NCBI GenBank assembly: GCA_028716245.1
Contig: JAQUQW010000001.1
Coordinates: 485,925 to 549,924, forward strand
DNA length: 64,000 bases
Source: Candidatus Omnitrophota bacterium
GTDB lineage: Bacteria; Omnitrophota; Gorgyraeia; Gygaellales; Profunditerraquicolaceae
Reading direction: 5' to 3'
Positions within the stretch are counted from its first letter, which is position 1. Every line of letters begins with the position of its first letter. A program made the translations under genes and the position numbers. Under the pieces are notes generated by a model that was given only the letters and a program-made list of their open reading frames with translations, was not told the origin of the DNA and did no database searches. This document shows, piece after piece, positions 9,510 through 20,386 of the stretch.

Positions 9510-9627
9510 CTTCCTCGTAGCACAAATGCCCTTCCCCAACGATGAATAAAATATACACTACAAATAACAATATGTCAAGATAATTAGGGCGTAACTAACC
9601 TCCCTTTCTAGCTACGCCCATTTCAAT

Positions 9628-9703
9628 ACCCCCTCGGTGGGGCTCGAACCCACACTATCCTCATCGTTAGGGAGGAACACTATCCATTTGTGTTACGAGG
9701 GGG
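9628..9703 (-). other. tRNA-like element / probable tRNA pseudogene
   Basis: Read on the minus strand: a 7-8 bp acceptor stem (ccccctcg/cgaggggg), U8, a D-arm (acac/gtgt) with GG in the loop, and a T-arm gtggg-ttcgagc-cccac. The anticodon arm is aberrant (9-nt loop or mismatched stem), and no CCA is encoded. Confidence 0.3.
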
Positions 9704-9783
9704 TACGAGCGAAGGTTAACCCTTCTGCTGCAATAGACGCGGTAAACCGGAAAATCTAACGGAAATTTTATAAGAAAACTCGC

Positions 9784-9919
9784 ATGAGCACGACCTACTC
9801 TCACTATTTAGAAGGGGGCAAGCCCCCTCCTAACGCTGATGCGCAATTATTAACTAGGCGCTGTTCTCCCCCAAGCGCGGGGGAAAGTTTTCCCCCGCAC
9901 CCCTTTGTGAGAGTAGGCC
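9784..9919 (-). repeat. GC-rich structured element bounded by inverted copies of the 5S rRNA 3' terminus
   Basis: Arms gagcacgacctactctcac (9786-9805) and gtgagagtaggccggtgctc (9895-9916) are near-perfect inverted copies of the 5S 3' end seen at 9983-10004. The interior has several G5/C5 hairpins (aggggg..ccccct and ccccc..ggggg). Confidence 0.5.
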
Positions 9920-9935
9920 GGTGCTCGGGACAAAT

Positions 9936-9974
9936 AAAAAAAGAGCCAACTAAATTAATAGCTGGCTCTTTTTT
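9936..9974 (-). terminator. rrn operon terminator (bidirectional hairpin)
   Basis: Stem aaagagcca/tggctcttt with a 14-nt loop, flanked by A- and T-runs. Immediately downstream of the 5S 3' end on the minus strand. Confidence 0.6.
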
Positions 9975-9980
9975 TATTTA

Positions 9981-10098
9981 AAGGAGCACCGACCTACTCT
10001 CACATAGCCTTACGACTACACTACCATCGGCTCTGAGGGGCTTAACGGCCGTATTCGGAATGGGAACGGGTGTTTCCCCCTCGATAAAGGCACTCCAA
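9981..10098 (-). rRNA. rrf: 5S ribosomal RNA
   Basis: The reverse complement reads CCCGUUCCCAUUCCGAAUACGGCCGUUAAGC...GCCGAUGGUAGUGUAG...GUGAGAGUAGGUCGGUGCUCC. Helix I closes between the 5' and 3' ends. Ends are approximate. Confidence 0.85.
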
Positions 10099-10473
10099 AG
10101 ACTTTCAACAACTACACACAGATATAAGTGAGCAAAAACTACTCGTCCAAATAACCCAAGTGAAACAAAATAAAGGACAAGCCGATTGGCTGATTAGTAC
10201 GTATTAGCTGAAACTCTCACGAGTCTTACACTTTACGCCTATCAAGGTCGTAGTCTACGACCAGCCTACAGAGCCTTGCGGCTCAGGGATATTTATTCTT
10301 GGGAGGGGCTTGGCACTTAGATGCTTTCAGCGCTTATCCCTTCCAGACATAGCTACCCGGCCTTTGCCCTTGGCAGGACAACCGGAAAACCATAGGTCTG
10401 TTTCTCTAGGTCCTCTCGTACTGAAGAGAACTTCCCTTCAAATATCCTAACGCCCACATCAGATAGAGACCGA

Positions 10474-11204
10474 CAATACTGTTACACATTTTTCAATGAG
10501 GGTTAACATTTCTGCCAACCTCTGCATATCGCTATGCAGTTCGGACTATATCATCTTCTCCTTTCGGAGAGTCTGGCGTATAGTCTCTGAAGATTCCAAG
10601 TGACGAATTATATCTTCCAACTTTTGTTTACGATATTTACCGCTAAAATTCATTGAATAAGCGATTTTTAATATCGTAACCAAGCTACCTTTCTTTAAAT
10701 GCCCGCCTTCTTTCATTAAACTAACAACTCGAGCGAACTTCTCAAAGTCTTTTTGTTTAATTGAAATGAGTGGTGATTTTTTAAAGAATGGTATGACTTT
10801 ATCGCGAAGATCACTAATATTGCGCACCACATAAACTGAAGTTTGATCCTTTGGATTTCGATAATCATTAGGCTTGATATATCCGCAACCTAATTTATCC
10901 TTAATCACTTTAAGGACTTCAGTCCTGTTTTGGTGCTGCGAAACGTGGAACTCCGGAATTACCTGAATTCCTAATTTCACATTGCTGCTTTTCTGAATTG
11001 TTATCGAAAAACAGCCTTCTCCGTCAACAAAGCCTGAGATATATGATGCTATTTCACTTGGCCTTTCCTGCTGATTGTCTGCACTCATATATTTTCACTC
11101 CCGGCGATATAATATCATATAGAGACTAAATCGTCAAGTAGTAATATGAGATACTCAGATTTTCCAGCAATTAGCCAGATTTAAAGACAGCAACGGTCAT
11201 GTTT
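10474..11204 (-). mobile_element. Group I intron in 23S rRNA (inserted after GAGACAGU, E. coli position about 2593)
   Basis: The exon sequence ...CGUCGUGAGACAGU is followed by non-rRNA sequence, and rRNA resumes exactly at UCGGUCUCUAUCUG 731 nt later. P1 can form between exon GACAGU and intron GCUGUC (nt 14-19) with a U.G pair at the splice site. The intron ends in G. It encloses a LAGLIDADG ORF. Confidence 0.75.
10546..11088 (-). CDS. LAGLIDADG homing endonuclease (single-motif, I-CreI-like), intron-encoded
   Basis: ISGFVDGEGCF dodecapeptide motif near the N-terminus. 180 aa, basic C-terminus. Lies wholly within the 23S intron. Confidence 0.85.
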   Translation of the reverse strand: MSADNQQERPSEIASYISGFVDGEGCFSITIQKSSNVKLGIQVIPEFHVSQHQNRTEVLKVIKDKLGCGYIKPNDYRNPKDQTSVYVVRNISDLRDKVIPFFKKSPLISIKQKDFEKFARVVSLMKEGGHLKKGSLVTILKIAYSMNFSGKYRKQKLEDIIRHLESSETIRQTLRKEKMI

Positions 11205-11240
<36 letters not shown>

Positions 11241-11863
11241 CTTTTAACCGGCGAACAGCCGGACCCTTGGGACCTTATACAGCCCCAGGATAGGATGAGC
11301 CGACATCGAGGTGCCAAACTGGACTGTCGATGTGAACTCTCGAGTCCAATAAGCCTGTTATCCCCAGAGTACCTATTATCCGTTGAGCGATGGCAATTCC
11401 ACGTTCAACCACCGGATCACTAGCCCCTACTTTCGTATCTGCTCGTCCTGTCGGACTCGCAGTTAAGCTGGCTTATGCGCTTACGCTCCACGGGCGATTG
11501 CCGACCGCCCTGAGCCAACCTTGGGGCCCCTTCGTTACTTTTTAGAAGGGAACCGCCCCAGTCAAACTGCCCACCTGTCACTGTCCCTCCGCCGGATTCA
11601 CGGCAAGGGGTTAGAATCTTAGAGCAATAAGGGTGGTATTTCAGATTGCGACTCTGCCCAAGCTAGCGCCTGGGCCTCAAAGTCTCCCACCTATGCTACA
11701 CATATTGATCCAAAACCCAATAGCAGGTTGCAGTAAAGGTTCTGGGGTCTTTTCGTCTTGATGCGGGTAGACGGCATCTTCACCGCCACTACAATTTCGC
11801 CGAGCCTCACGTTGAGACAGCGATCAGGTTGTTACACCATTCGTGCGCGTGGGAACTTACCCC

Positions 11864-11913
<50 letters not shown>

Positions 11914-14065
11914 TGGGGCTTCGGTTCAAAGCTTCACAAATCTTACGATCCGTTGACTAATCCCCTTAACCTTCCAGCACCGGGCAGGTGTCACACCCTA
12001 TACTTCCTCTTTCGAGTTTGCAGAGTGATGTGTTTTTGCTAAACAGTCACCCGATCCACTTTATTGTAGCCTCGAAAAGGCCTTGCGACCTCCGAGGCAC
12101 CCCTTATTGCTAACGTACGGGGCTAGTTTGCAGAGTTCCTTAACGTGAGTTATCTCGATCACCTTACCATATTCTGGAGTTCTACCTGTGTCGGATTCCG
12201 GTACGAGTAGTTATGCGACTTCCTCCTGTAATTTTCTCGGCAGCATGGCTTAAAAATACTTCCTCATCGGTTGCCCTCAGAGTCCCCTCCGCTTCTTCCG
12301 AAACAGAGAACGCAGACATCCAACACTGCGCAATCCTCAGCCTCCTGCGTCATACAAGAGGTGATAACGCCACATAACTAGTATCTGGATATTAACAGAT
12401 TGTCCATCGCTTACGCCATACGGCCTCAGCTTAGGTTCGACTAACCCTGGGCGGATTAACCTTCCCCAGGAAACCTTAGAATTTCGGTGTGCCCGTTTCT
12501 CGCAGGCATTTTCGCTACTTATTCCGACATAATCCCTTGTCTAGTGTCCACTGCTCCTAACGGTACAGCTTCAACCAACTAGACAATGCTCCCCTACCAC
12601 TAATCTTGCCCGAAGGCAAAACTAATCTGCAGCTTCGGTAATAGGCTTAAGCCCCGATCATCTTTGGCGCGAAATCACTCGACCAGTGAGCTGTTACGCA
12701 CTCTTTAAATGATGGCTGCCTCTGAGCCAACATCCTGGTTGTTTTAGTGAATCCACATCCTTTACCACTTAGCCTATCCTTAGGGACCTTAGCTGACAGT
12801 CTGGGCTGATACCCTTTTGACAATGAAGCTTAGCCCCCATTGTCTTACTCCCGGAATAAAAATAGTAGTATTCGAAGTTTGGTTGGGCTCAGCAAGCTAG
12901 TATGCTCCCGTAGCCCATTCAGCACTCTACCCCTACTATTTAATTATCCGAGGCTATCCCTAGAAATATTTCGGGGAGAACCAGCAATTTCTGAGTTTGA
13001 TTAGTCTTTCGCTCCGATCCACAGTTCATCCCACAGTTTTTCAACACTGACGGGTTCGCACCTCCACTCTCCTTTCGGAGAGCTTCGCGCTGACCATGGA
13101 TAGATCACTCAGCTTCGGGTCTACTATATGGTACTTATGTTCGCCCGATTAGGACTCGCTTTCGCTACGCCTGCCCCCGGTGCTTTCACAGCGGGGTTAA
13201 GCTTGCACCACAAAGTAACTCGTCGGACCATTATGCAAAAGGTACGCGGTCAGGCATTCTACTCGCTTGCGCAAATAGCATAGCCCTCCCACAGCTTGTA
13301 AGTCTATGATTTTAGGTTCTATTTCACTCGCTTCACCAGCGTTCTTTTCAACTTTCCCTCACGGTACTTGTGCACTATCGGTTTAGGTGTAGTTTTTAGT
13401 CTTAGACCGTGGTCGGCCCAGATTCACACAGGATTTCCCGTGTCCCGTGTTACTTGGGATACCTCTAGGGTGCCTTTAGAATTTCGCTTACGAGGCTTTC
13501 ACTCTCTTTGGCGTACCTTTCCAGGTACTTCTGCTATCCTAAGACAATCCCACATCGAGGTCCCGCAACCCCTTTTTTCCTTGCGGAAAAAAGGTTTAGA
13601 CTGTTCCCTCTTCGCTCGCCACTACTAAGGGAATCTCTGTGATTTCTTTTCCTCAGGGTACTTAGATGTTTCAGTTCTCCTGGTATCGCTTCTTGCCCGT
13701 TATTTTATTCACAAGCAAGATACCGCAGTATAACCTGCGGTGGGTTGCCCCATTCGGAATCCCCCGGATCAAAGCCAGTTTGCGGCTCCCCGGGGAATAT
13801 CGGTGCTTACCCCGTCCTTCATCGCCTCACCTAACCAAGTCATCCGTTCATAGACTCTTTGTAGCTTGACCAAAATCTTGATTCTCACTCGGTTATTTGA
13901 ATTGTAGTTTTTACCACACAAGATCAAATTGACCTTGTATCTGTATGTCTGTTCCCGTCAATCTCATCAATCGCAGGAACAGTCGATCTAATGAAATAAA
14001 TTTCAAAAGATCGAAGTTGTCAAAGAACATAAATTGACGAACGCATCGTCAAATAAATTTATGTC

Positions 14066-14141
14066 TGGTGGAGCTGAGGAGGATCGAACTCCTGACCCCC
14101 TGCTTGCAAAGCAGGTGCTCTCCCAGCTGAGCTACAGCCCC
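14066..14141 (-). tRNA. tRNA-Ala (anticodon TGC)
   Basis: Minus strand reads GGGGCUGUAGCUCAGCUGGGAGAGCACCUGCUUUGCAAGCAGGGGGUCAGGAGUUCGAUCCUCCUCAGCUCCACCA. CCA is encoded. Located in the 16S-23S spacer. Confidence 0.95.
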
Positions 14142-14150
14142 CCTCGAAAA

Positions 14151-14227
14151 TGGTGGGCCCAAGAGGATTCGAACCTCTGACCCCAGTCTTATCAGGGCTG
14201 TGCTCTAACCAACTGAGCTATGGGCCC
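14151..14227 (-). tRNA. tRNA-Ile (anticodon GAT)
   Basis: Minus strand reads GGGCCCAUAGCUCAGUUGGUUAGAGCACAGCCCUGAUAAGACUGGGGUCAGAGGUUCGAAUCCUCUUGGGCCCACCA. CCA is encoded. Located in the 16S-23S spacer. Confidence 0.95.
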
Positions 14228-14405
14228 GAAATTAAGTGTATGCATTACTGCTGTGCAATGCCCTGATTCATTACACTTAACACAAAATATCAGAAGCCCT
14301 CTTAAGTTGGAGAGAACTCCTAAAATATAGATAATTGAATGCCAAGCCTTAGGATTATTAAATTAACCCCAAGTTTTTCTAATAATTCGTCGTTAAACAA
14401 AATTA

Positions 14406-15993
<1,588 letters not shown>

Positions 15994-16126
15994 AAAATCT
16001 TTTGGAAAAATTTGTATGAAGGCTCTAGTGATTTATTTAATTTCAAACCTCATGAAATTGACCCGTATAAAAATATTCCTATTCTTATACTGGCCTCGCT
16101 TGGCAATTCAATTATCAAAAGAGCAG

Positions 16127-16159
16127 ACAAAAAAACGTCCCGACAAAAATTGTCGGGAC
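16127..16159 (-). terminator. Rho-independent terminator of the pilus/c-di-GMP operon
   Basis: Perfect 9-bp stem cgtcccgac/gtcgggacg with loop aaaaatt, and a run of 8-9 T on the minus strand. 224 nt downstream of the pilC stop. Confidence 0.6.
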
Positions 16160-16275
16160 GCAAATTCTATTCTCTACTGGCGCCCTTATTGTCGATGCGG
16201 ATTAACTGCTAGAAATTGTCAACTGCGTTTTAATTATTTTCACAATAATTTAACCCCTTTTCAGGGGGAACACTA

Positions 16276-16303
16276 AGTTTAATACAAAAATACTTTTTGT
16301 CAA
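16276..16303 (-). promoter_or_regulatory. Candidate rrn promoter (sigma70-like)
   Basis: Minus strand reads TTGACA-16 nt-TAAACT, preceded by an A/T-rich UP-like tract. About 280 nt upstream of the 16S 5' end. Confidence 0.3.
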
Positions 16304-16382
16304 GTATTTTTTTAAATTATTTTAAGCTTTAATTAAACGCCTAAGTTGTTAATTTTCCAGAGGATTTGGCTTTATCCTGCTA

Positions 16383-17591
16383 CTATCGCGACATAAGCTG
16401 AGATATCTTGAAGATGGGCAGGAACAAAGCGATAACGATGCCACCAATAACCACGCCTAAAAAGGCGATAACCATCGGCTCGATCATACTAGTTAAGGCG
16501 GCTGCCGCGCTATCTACCTGATCATCATAGAAATCAGCAATTTTAGAAAGCATTTTTTCCAGCTGGCCGGTTTGCTCGCCGACATTAATCATCCGCGTAA
16601 CCATGGGCGGAAAAACCCCGCTTTTAGCCAAGGGCTTGGATATCGGTTCTCCGTTGCGGACACTTTTAGAGCAATTGAGTACCGCTTCCTCAACCACCTT
16701 ATTGCCGGAGGTCTTGCTGACAATATCCAAAGCGCTCAAAACAGTAACTCCGCTTTTAACTAAAGTAGAAAATGTGCGGGAAAATTTGGCTACGGCCAGT
16801 TTACGCAAAAGCGGACCAAAAACCGGCAACTTCAATAACTGCTGGTCGAAACGGTATCTGCCCCTCTCTGTCTTTATGTAACTCCTGAACAAATATATCG
16901 CAATTCCCAGGATCAATACGGTGTACAAGAAATATTTTCTTAGGAGGTCGCTGAGAAAAATTAAAACCTGCGTGGGCATCGGCAGCGTACCGCCGAGTGA
17001 TTCAAATATCCCCTTAAACGTAGGGACTACTTTTAGCAAAAGCAAGGCCGTAATAATAAAAGCCATACTCACCACTACCGCCGGATAAACCAGGCTGGAA
17101 GTTATTTTACGGTTAAGCGCCGCCTGTTTTTCCATAAACGTAGCCAAGCGATCCAGGATTTCATTCAACATACCCGAAGCCTCTCCGGCTTTGGCCATAT
17201 TCACAAACAAATCGGAAAAGACCTCCGGATGCCTGGCCATGGCGTCAGAGAAACTTATCCCCGCTTCAATGTCGCTGCGCACAGTACCGATAATTCCCCT
17301 TAAATTTTCATTCTCGATCTGTTCCGCTAAAATCCCCAAGGCATTGACCAAAGGAATGCCGGCGCCGATCATTGTCGCCAGCTGGCGGGAAAAAATAACC
17401 AGGTCATCAAGCTTAACTTTTTTATCGCCTCTTTTTGGCCTGGCGGCAGCAGCTTTGGCAATTTCTATAGAAACCACTACCAGCTCTTTCTTATGTAAAA
17501 TGTCGGCAACCTCTGACTCCGAAGCTGCCTGGACTATGCCGGTTATGGTCTGGCCTTTTATGTCTTTTGCGCTATATTGGTATGAGTTCAT
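16383..17591 (-). CDS. pilC: Type IV pilus / T2SS inner-membrane platform protein (PilC/GspF family)
   Basis: Two repeated GspF domains, three TM segments, and a conserved ...GxPL..AL... region. 402 aa. Confidence 0.85.
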   Translation of the reverse strand: MNSYQYSAKDIKGQTITGIVQAASESEVADILHKKELVVVSIEIAKAAAARPKRGDKKVKLDDLVIFSRQLATMIGAGIPLVNALGILAEQIENENLRGIIGTVRSDIEAGISFSDAMARHPEVFSDLFVNMAKAGEASGMLNEILDRLATFMEKQAALNRKITSSLVYPAVVVSMAFIITALLLLKVVPTFKGIFESLGGTLPMPTQVLIFLSDLLRKYFLYTVLILGIAIYLFRSYIKTERGRYRFDQQLLKLPVFGPLLRKLAVAKFSRTFSTLVKSGVTVLSALDIVSKTSGNKVVEEAVLNCSKSVRNGEPISKPLAKSGVFPPMVTRMINVGEQTGQLEKMLSKIADFYDDQVDSAAAALTSMIEPMVIAFLGVVIGGIVIALFLPIFKISQLMSR

Positions 17592-18661
17592 AGATTATCC
17601 ACTATTTTTAAAAACGCATCTACGATCTTAGGGTCAAATTGCGTGCCGCTGTTACGTTTGATCTCCAGAATCGCTTCCTCTTTAACTAAAGGAATCTTTC
17701 TGTAAGAACGCGCCGAACGCATTGCCTCATAAGCATCGGCGACATGAATGATACGCGCCCCAAGAAGGATGTCATTGCCTTTTCTTCCTTCCGGATAGCC
17801 TGAACCGTCATAATGCTCATGGTGCTGCCTGATTAAGTCTACCACTCCGTTTAAAAAAGTCAACGGTTCGAGGATCTGGGCTCCGATAGTCGGATGTTTA
17901 CGGATTTGCTCCCATTCCAGGGGTGTAAGAGCGGAAGTTTTGAGCAATATGCTATCTTCAATTCCAATCTTGCCCAAATCGTGTAATTCGCAAGCCTGAC
18001 GCAATAATTCAATTTCTTTTGACGGAAGCTTCATGTAATTTGCAATCGCTATGGCAATCCACGCCACATCCTCGGAATGGCTGTGCGTATAATGGTCGCG
18101 GGCATCGATTGCCTGGGCTAAAACCTTGATCGTGCGCATATAGGTGGTGCGCAAATCTTCATAAAGCCGGCTCAAGTTGGTAGTCGCGTCTTCAATCCTT
18201 CTGGCTAAAAGCATATTTTGCTTTTCCAAAGACTGGTTGGATTCTTTCAACCCTTGAGAAAATTTACGGTTAGCCAGAAGCAAGGCATGCAGCTTAACCC
18301 CTTTTTCAATAATAAATTTTAACCTTTCTATGTTTACCGGCCGGCTTAAACAATCATAAATTCCCAAATCCATAAGGTTGCCTACGTTTTCCTCCTGTCC
18401 TGTTTCAAACAAAATGACCATTACGCAATCAGGATCGATTTTTTTAAGCTCCGAGATCAGCAGGGCCGTATTTGTATCTGTTCCATACTTTATAAAAACT
18501 AAATCATAGCTGCCCTGTTTTAAACTTAATATACCTGCCTGGGCAGTAGGTTCTACAAAAACAGAGCTGACTCCCGAATCCAGCAACTGTTCTTTGATAT
18601 ACACGGAATAAGAGTTGTCATCACAAATCAGGAGTATTTTCCCAGCGGTTTCCATAATCAT
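17588..18661 (-). CDS. HD-GYP phosphodiesterase with N-terminal degenerate receiver domain
   Basis: HD motif CELHDLGKIGI and GYP motif HHEHYDGSGYPEG. In the N-terminal REC-like fold the phospho-acceptor position reads DLVFIKYG, with Lys replacing Asp. Confidence 0.8.
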   Translation of the reverse strand: MIMETAGKILLICDDNSYSVYIKEQLLDSGVSSVFVEPTAQAGILSLKQGSYDLVFIKYGTDTNTALLISELKKIDPDCVMVILFETGQEENVGNLMDLGIYDCLSRPVNIERLKFIIEKGVKLHALLLANRKFSQGLKESNQSLEKQNMLLARRIEDATTNLSRLYEDLRTTYMRTIKVLAQAIDARDHYTHSHSEDVAWIAIAIANYMKLPSKEIELLRQACELHDLGKIGIEDSILLKTSALTPLEWEQIRKHPTIGAQILEPLTFLNGVVDLIRQHHEHYDGSGYPEGRKGNDILLGARIIHVADAYEAMRSARSYRKIPLVKEEAILEIKRNSGTQFDPKIVDAFLKIVDNL

Positions 18662-20370
18662 TCCTCGGTAGTAATCCTCAGCGCTTCATCCAGGGTAGTC
18701 AACTCTTCTTTAACTTTTAAAAAAGCATCATCGCGTAATGTTTTCATTCCCAGTTTCTTAATCGCATAATCCCTGATTTCATCAATTGATTTTTTGCGGA
18801 TAACCATCTCTCTGATGGCATCATCAATCAAAACCGTCTCCAATACCGCTACCCTGCCGTAGAAGCCGGTGTTGTTGCAATATTTACAACCCTTGGCGGA
18901 AAAGAAATTGGCTTTTCCGCTAAATCCTATTTTTTTCAGAAAATCATCGGAAACCTCTATCGGAGCCCGGCATTTAAGGCAAATCTTGCGCGCCAGGCGC
19001 TGGGCGCAAAGCATAATGACACTGGAGGCGACCAAAAACGGCTCAACCCCCATATCGATAAGCCGGGTAATACTGGAAATCGCGTCATTAGTATGCAAAG
19101 TGGAAAGCACAAGCTGGCCGGTTAAAGCGGCTTTAATGGCGATATCGGCGGTTTCGGCGTCCCGGATTTCCCCAATCATAATTACATCCGGGCTCTGCCG
19201 TAAAATAGAACGCAATCCCGAAGCAAAATCCAAACCAATATCCGGTTTAACCTGCATTTGCGTAATCCCTTCGACCAGATATTCTACCGGATCTTCAATA
19301 GTAATGATATTTCTGTCCAGAGTGTTCAATTGATTTAAAACAGAATAAAGCGTGGTAGATTTACCTGAGCCGGTAGGCCCGGTAACCAGGATCATGCCGA
19401 ACGGCTTGGCCACTGCCGCCTTAAAATTAGAGGCGGGCTGTTCGGAAAAACCCAATTTATCCAAGCCCACGGAAAGATTGCTTTTATCCAAAGCGCGCAA
19501 AACAAATTTTTGGCCAAAGGTCGTCGGAAGGCTGGATACCCTAAAATCAATCTCCCGGTCCTCTGTTTTTACTTTAAACCTGCCATCCTGAGGAATACGA
19601 TTCTCAGTAATATCCAGATTAGAAATTATTTTAAGCCTGGCTAAGATTGCGTTTTGATTTATTTTGGGGACCCTTAGGATATCATGGAGAGAACCGTCTA
19701 TTCTATACCTGATCCGCAAACAGTCAACTTCAGGTTCAACATGTATATCTGAAGCCCTTCTCTTTAAGGCTTGGGCTAATATAATATTAACTAATTGCAC
19801 AATCGGGGCCTTCTCGCTATCCTGAAGAGTATTGGATAACTCAATCGCATCGGTTTTAAGCAACTCCAGATTCTTATCAGAATCTATGGCCCGGACTGAA
19901 GTTGTTTCATCAAGGATATTCTGCATATCCCTGATTTCCTTGTGATACTGGCTGTCAATAACGCGGGTAATCTCATCTTCGGGGCTCAAAACAATATCAA
20001 TATTGCATCCAGTAAAGTTACCTAAATCATCCAGCGCAAAAATGTTCAACGGATCAGACATGGCCACGGTAAGGGTGTTGCCGATCCTGGATAGCGGGAC
20101 AGTATTGTAGAGTTTGGCCATCTGTTCCGGAATGAGATTGATTATTTTTGGATCAAACCTGAACTTAGCCAAACGCAGGCTGGGTATATAAAGCTGCTCT
20201 GAAAACAGGGAAAGTAAAATCTCCTCCGTAATAATCCCTTCATCAACCAGGATCCTCCTTAAAGGCACCCCCTTCTCCTTCTGTAGAATCAAAGCATGGT
20301 CCAGCTGCTCTTTAGTTATATGTTTGCTTTTTAAGAGTATCTCGATTATATTTTCTTTTAATGAATGCAT
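18658..20370 (-). CDS. pilB: PilB/GspE-family secretion ATPase with N-terminal MshEN-like domain
   Basis: Walker A GPTGSGKSTT, Asp/His boxes, and a C-terminal C4 zinc motif (CLKCRAP...CKYCNNTG). N-terminal T2SSE_N domain with an LRRILVDEGIITEEILLSLFSEQ motif. Confidence 0.9.
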   Translation of the reverse strand: MHSLKENIIEILLKSKHITKEQLDHALILQKEKGVPLRRILVDEGIITEEILLSLFSEQLYIPSLRLAKFRFDPKIINLIPEQMAKLYNTVPLSRIGNTLTVAMSDPLNIFALDDLGNFTGCNIDIVLSPEDEITRVIDSQYHKEIRDMQNILDETTSVRAIDSDKNLELLKTDAIELSNTLQDSEKAPIVQLVNIILAQALKRRASDIHVEPEVDCLRIRYRIDGSLHDILRVPKINQNAILARLKIISNLDITENRIPQDGRFKVKTEDREIDFRVSSLPTTFGQKFVLRALDKSNLSVGLDKLGFSEQPASNFKAAVAKPFGMILVTGPTGSGKSTTLYSVLNQLNTLDRNIITIEDPVEYLVEGITQMQVKPDIGLDFASGLRSILRQSPDVIMIGEIRDAETADIAIKAALTGQLVLSTLHTNDAISSITRLIDMGVEPFLVASSVIMLCAQRLARKICLKCRAPIEVSDDFLKKIGFSGKANFFSAKGCKYCNNTGFYGRVAVLETVLIDDAIREMVIRKKSIDEIRDYAIKKLGMKTLRDDAFLKVKEELTTLDEALRITTEE

Positions 20371-20386
20371 TTAATGAACGCTTCCT

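Noticed and set aside
9628-9703. Interpreting the tRNA-like element as the 3' piece of a tmRNA.
   Set aside because: The 5' and 3' acceptor strands are only about 60 nt apart. No tag-reading-frame or pseudoknot region is evident, and the 5' strand starts with C-run rather than the GGGG typical of tmRNA.
9125-9981. ORFs 9125-9463, 9352-9570 and 9784-9981 called as proteins.
   Set aside because: They overlap the repeat/hairpin region, the 5S-derived inverted repeat and the rrn terminator. The translations are Cys/Pro-rich nonsense with no start context.
10546-11088. Treating the LAGLIDADG ORF as an independent gene inserted between rRNA genes.
   Set aside because: Flanking sequence on both sides is continuous 23S rRNA, so the ORF is intron-encoded.
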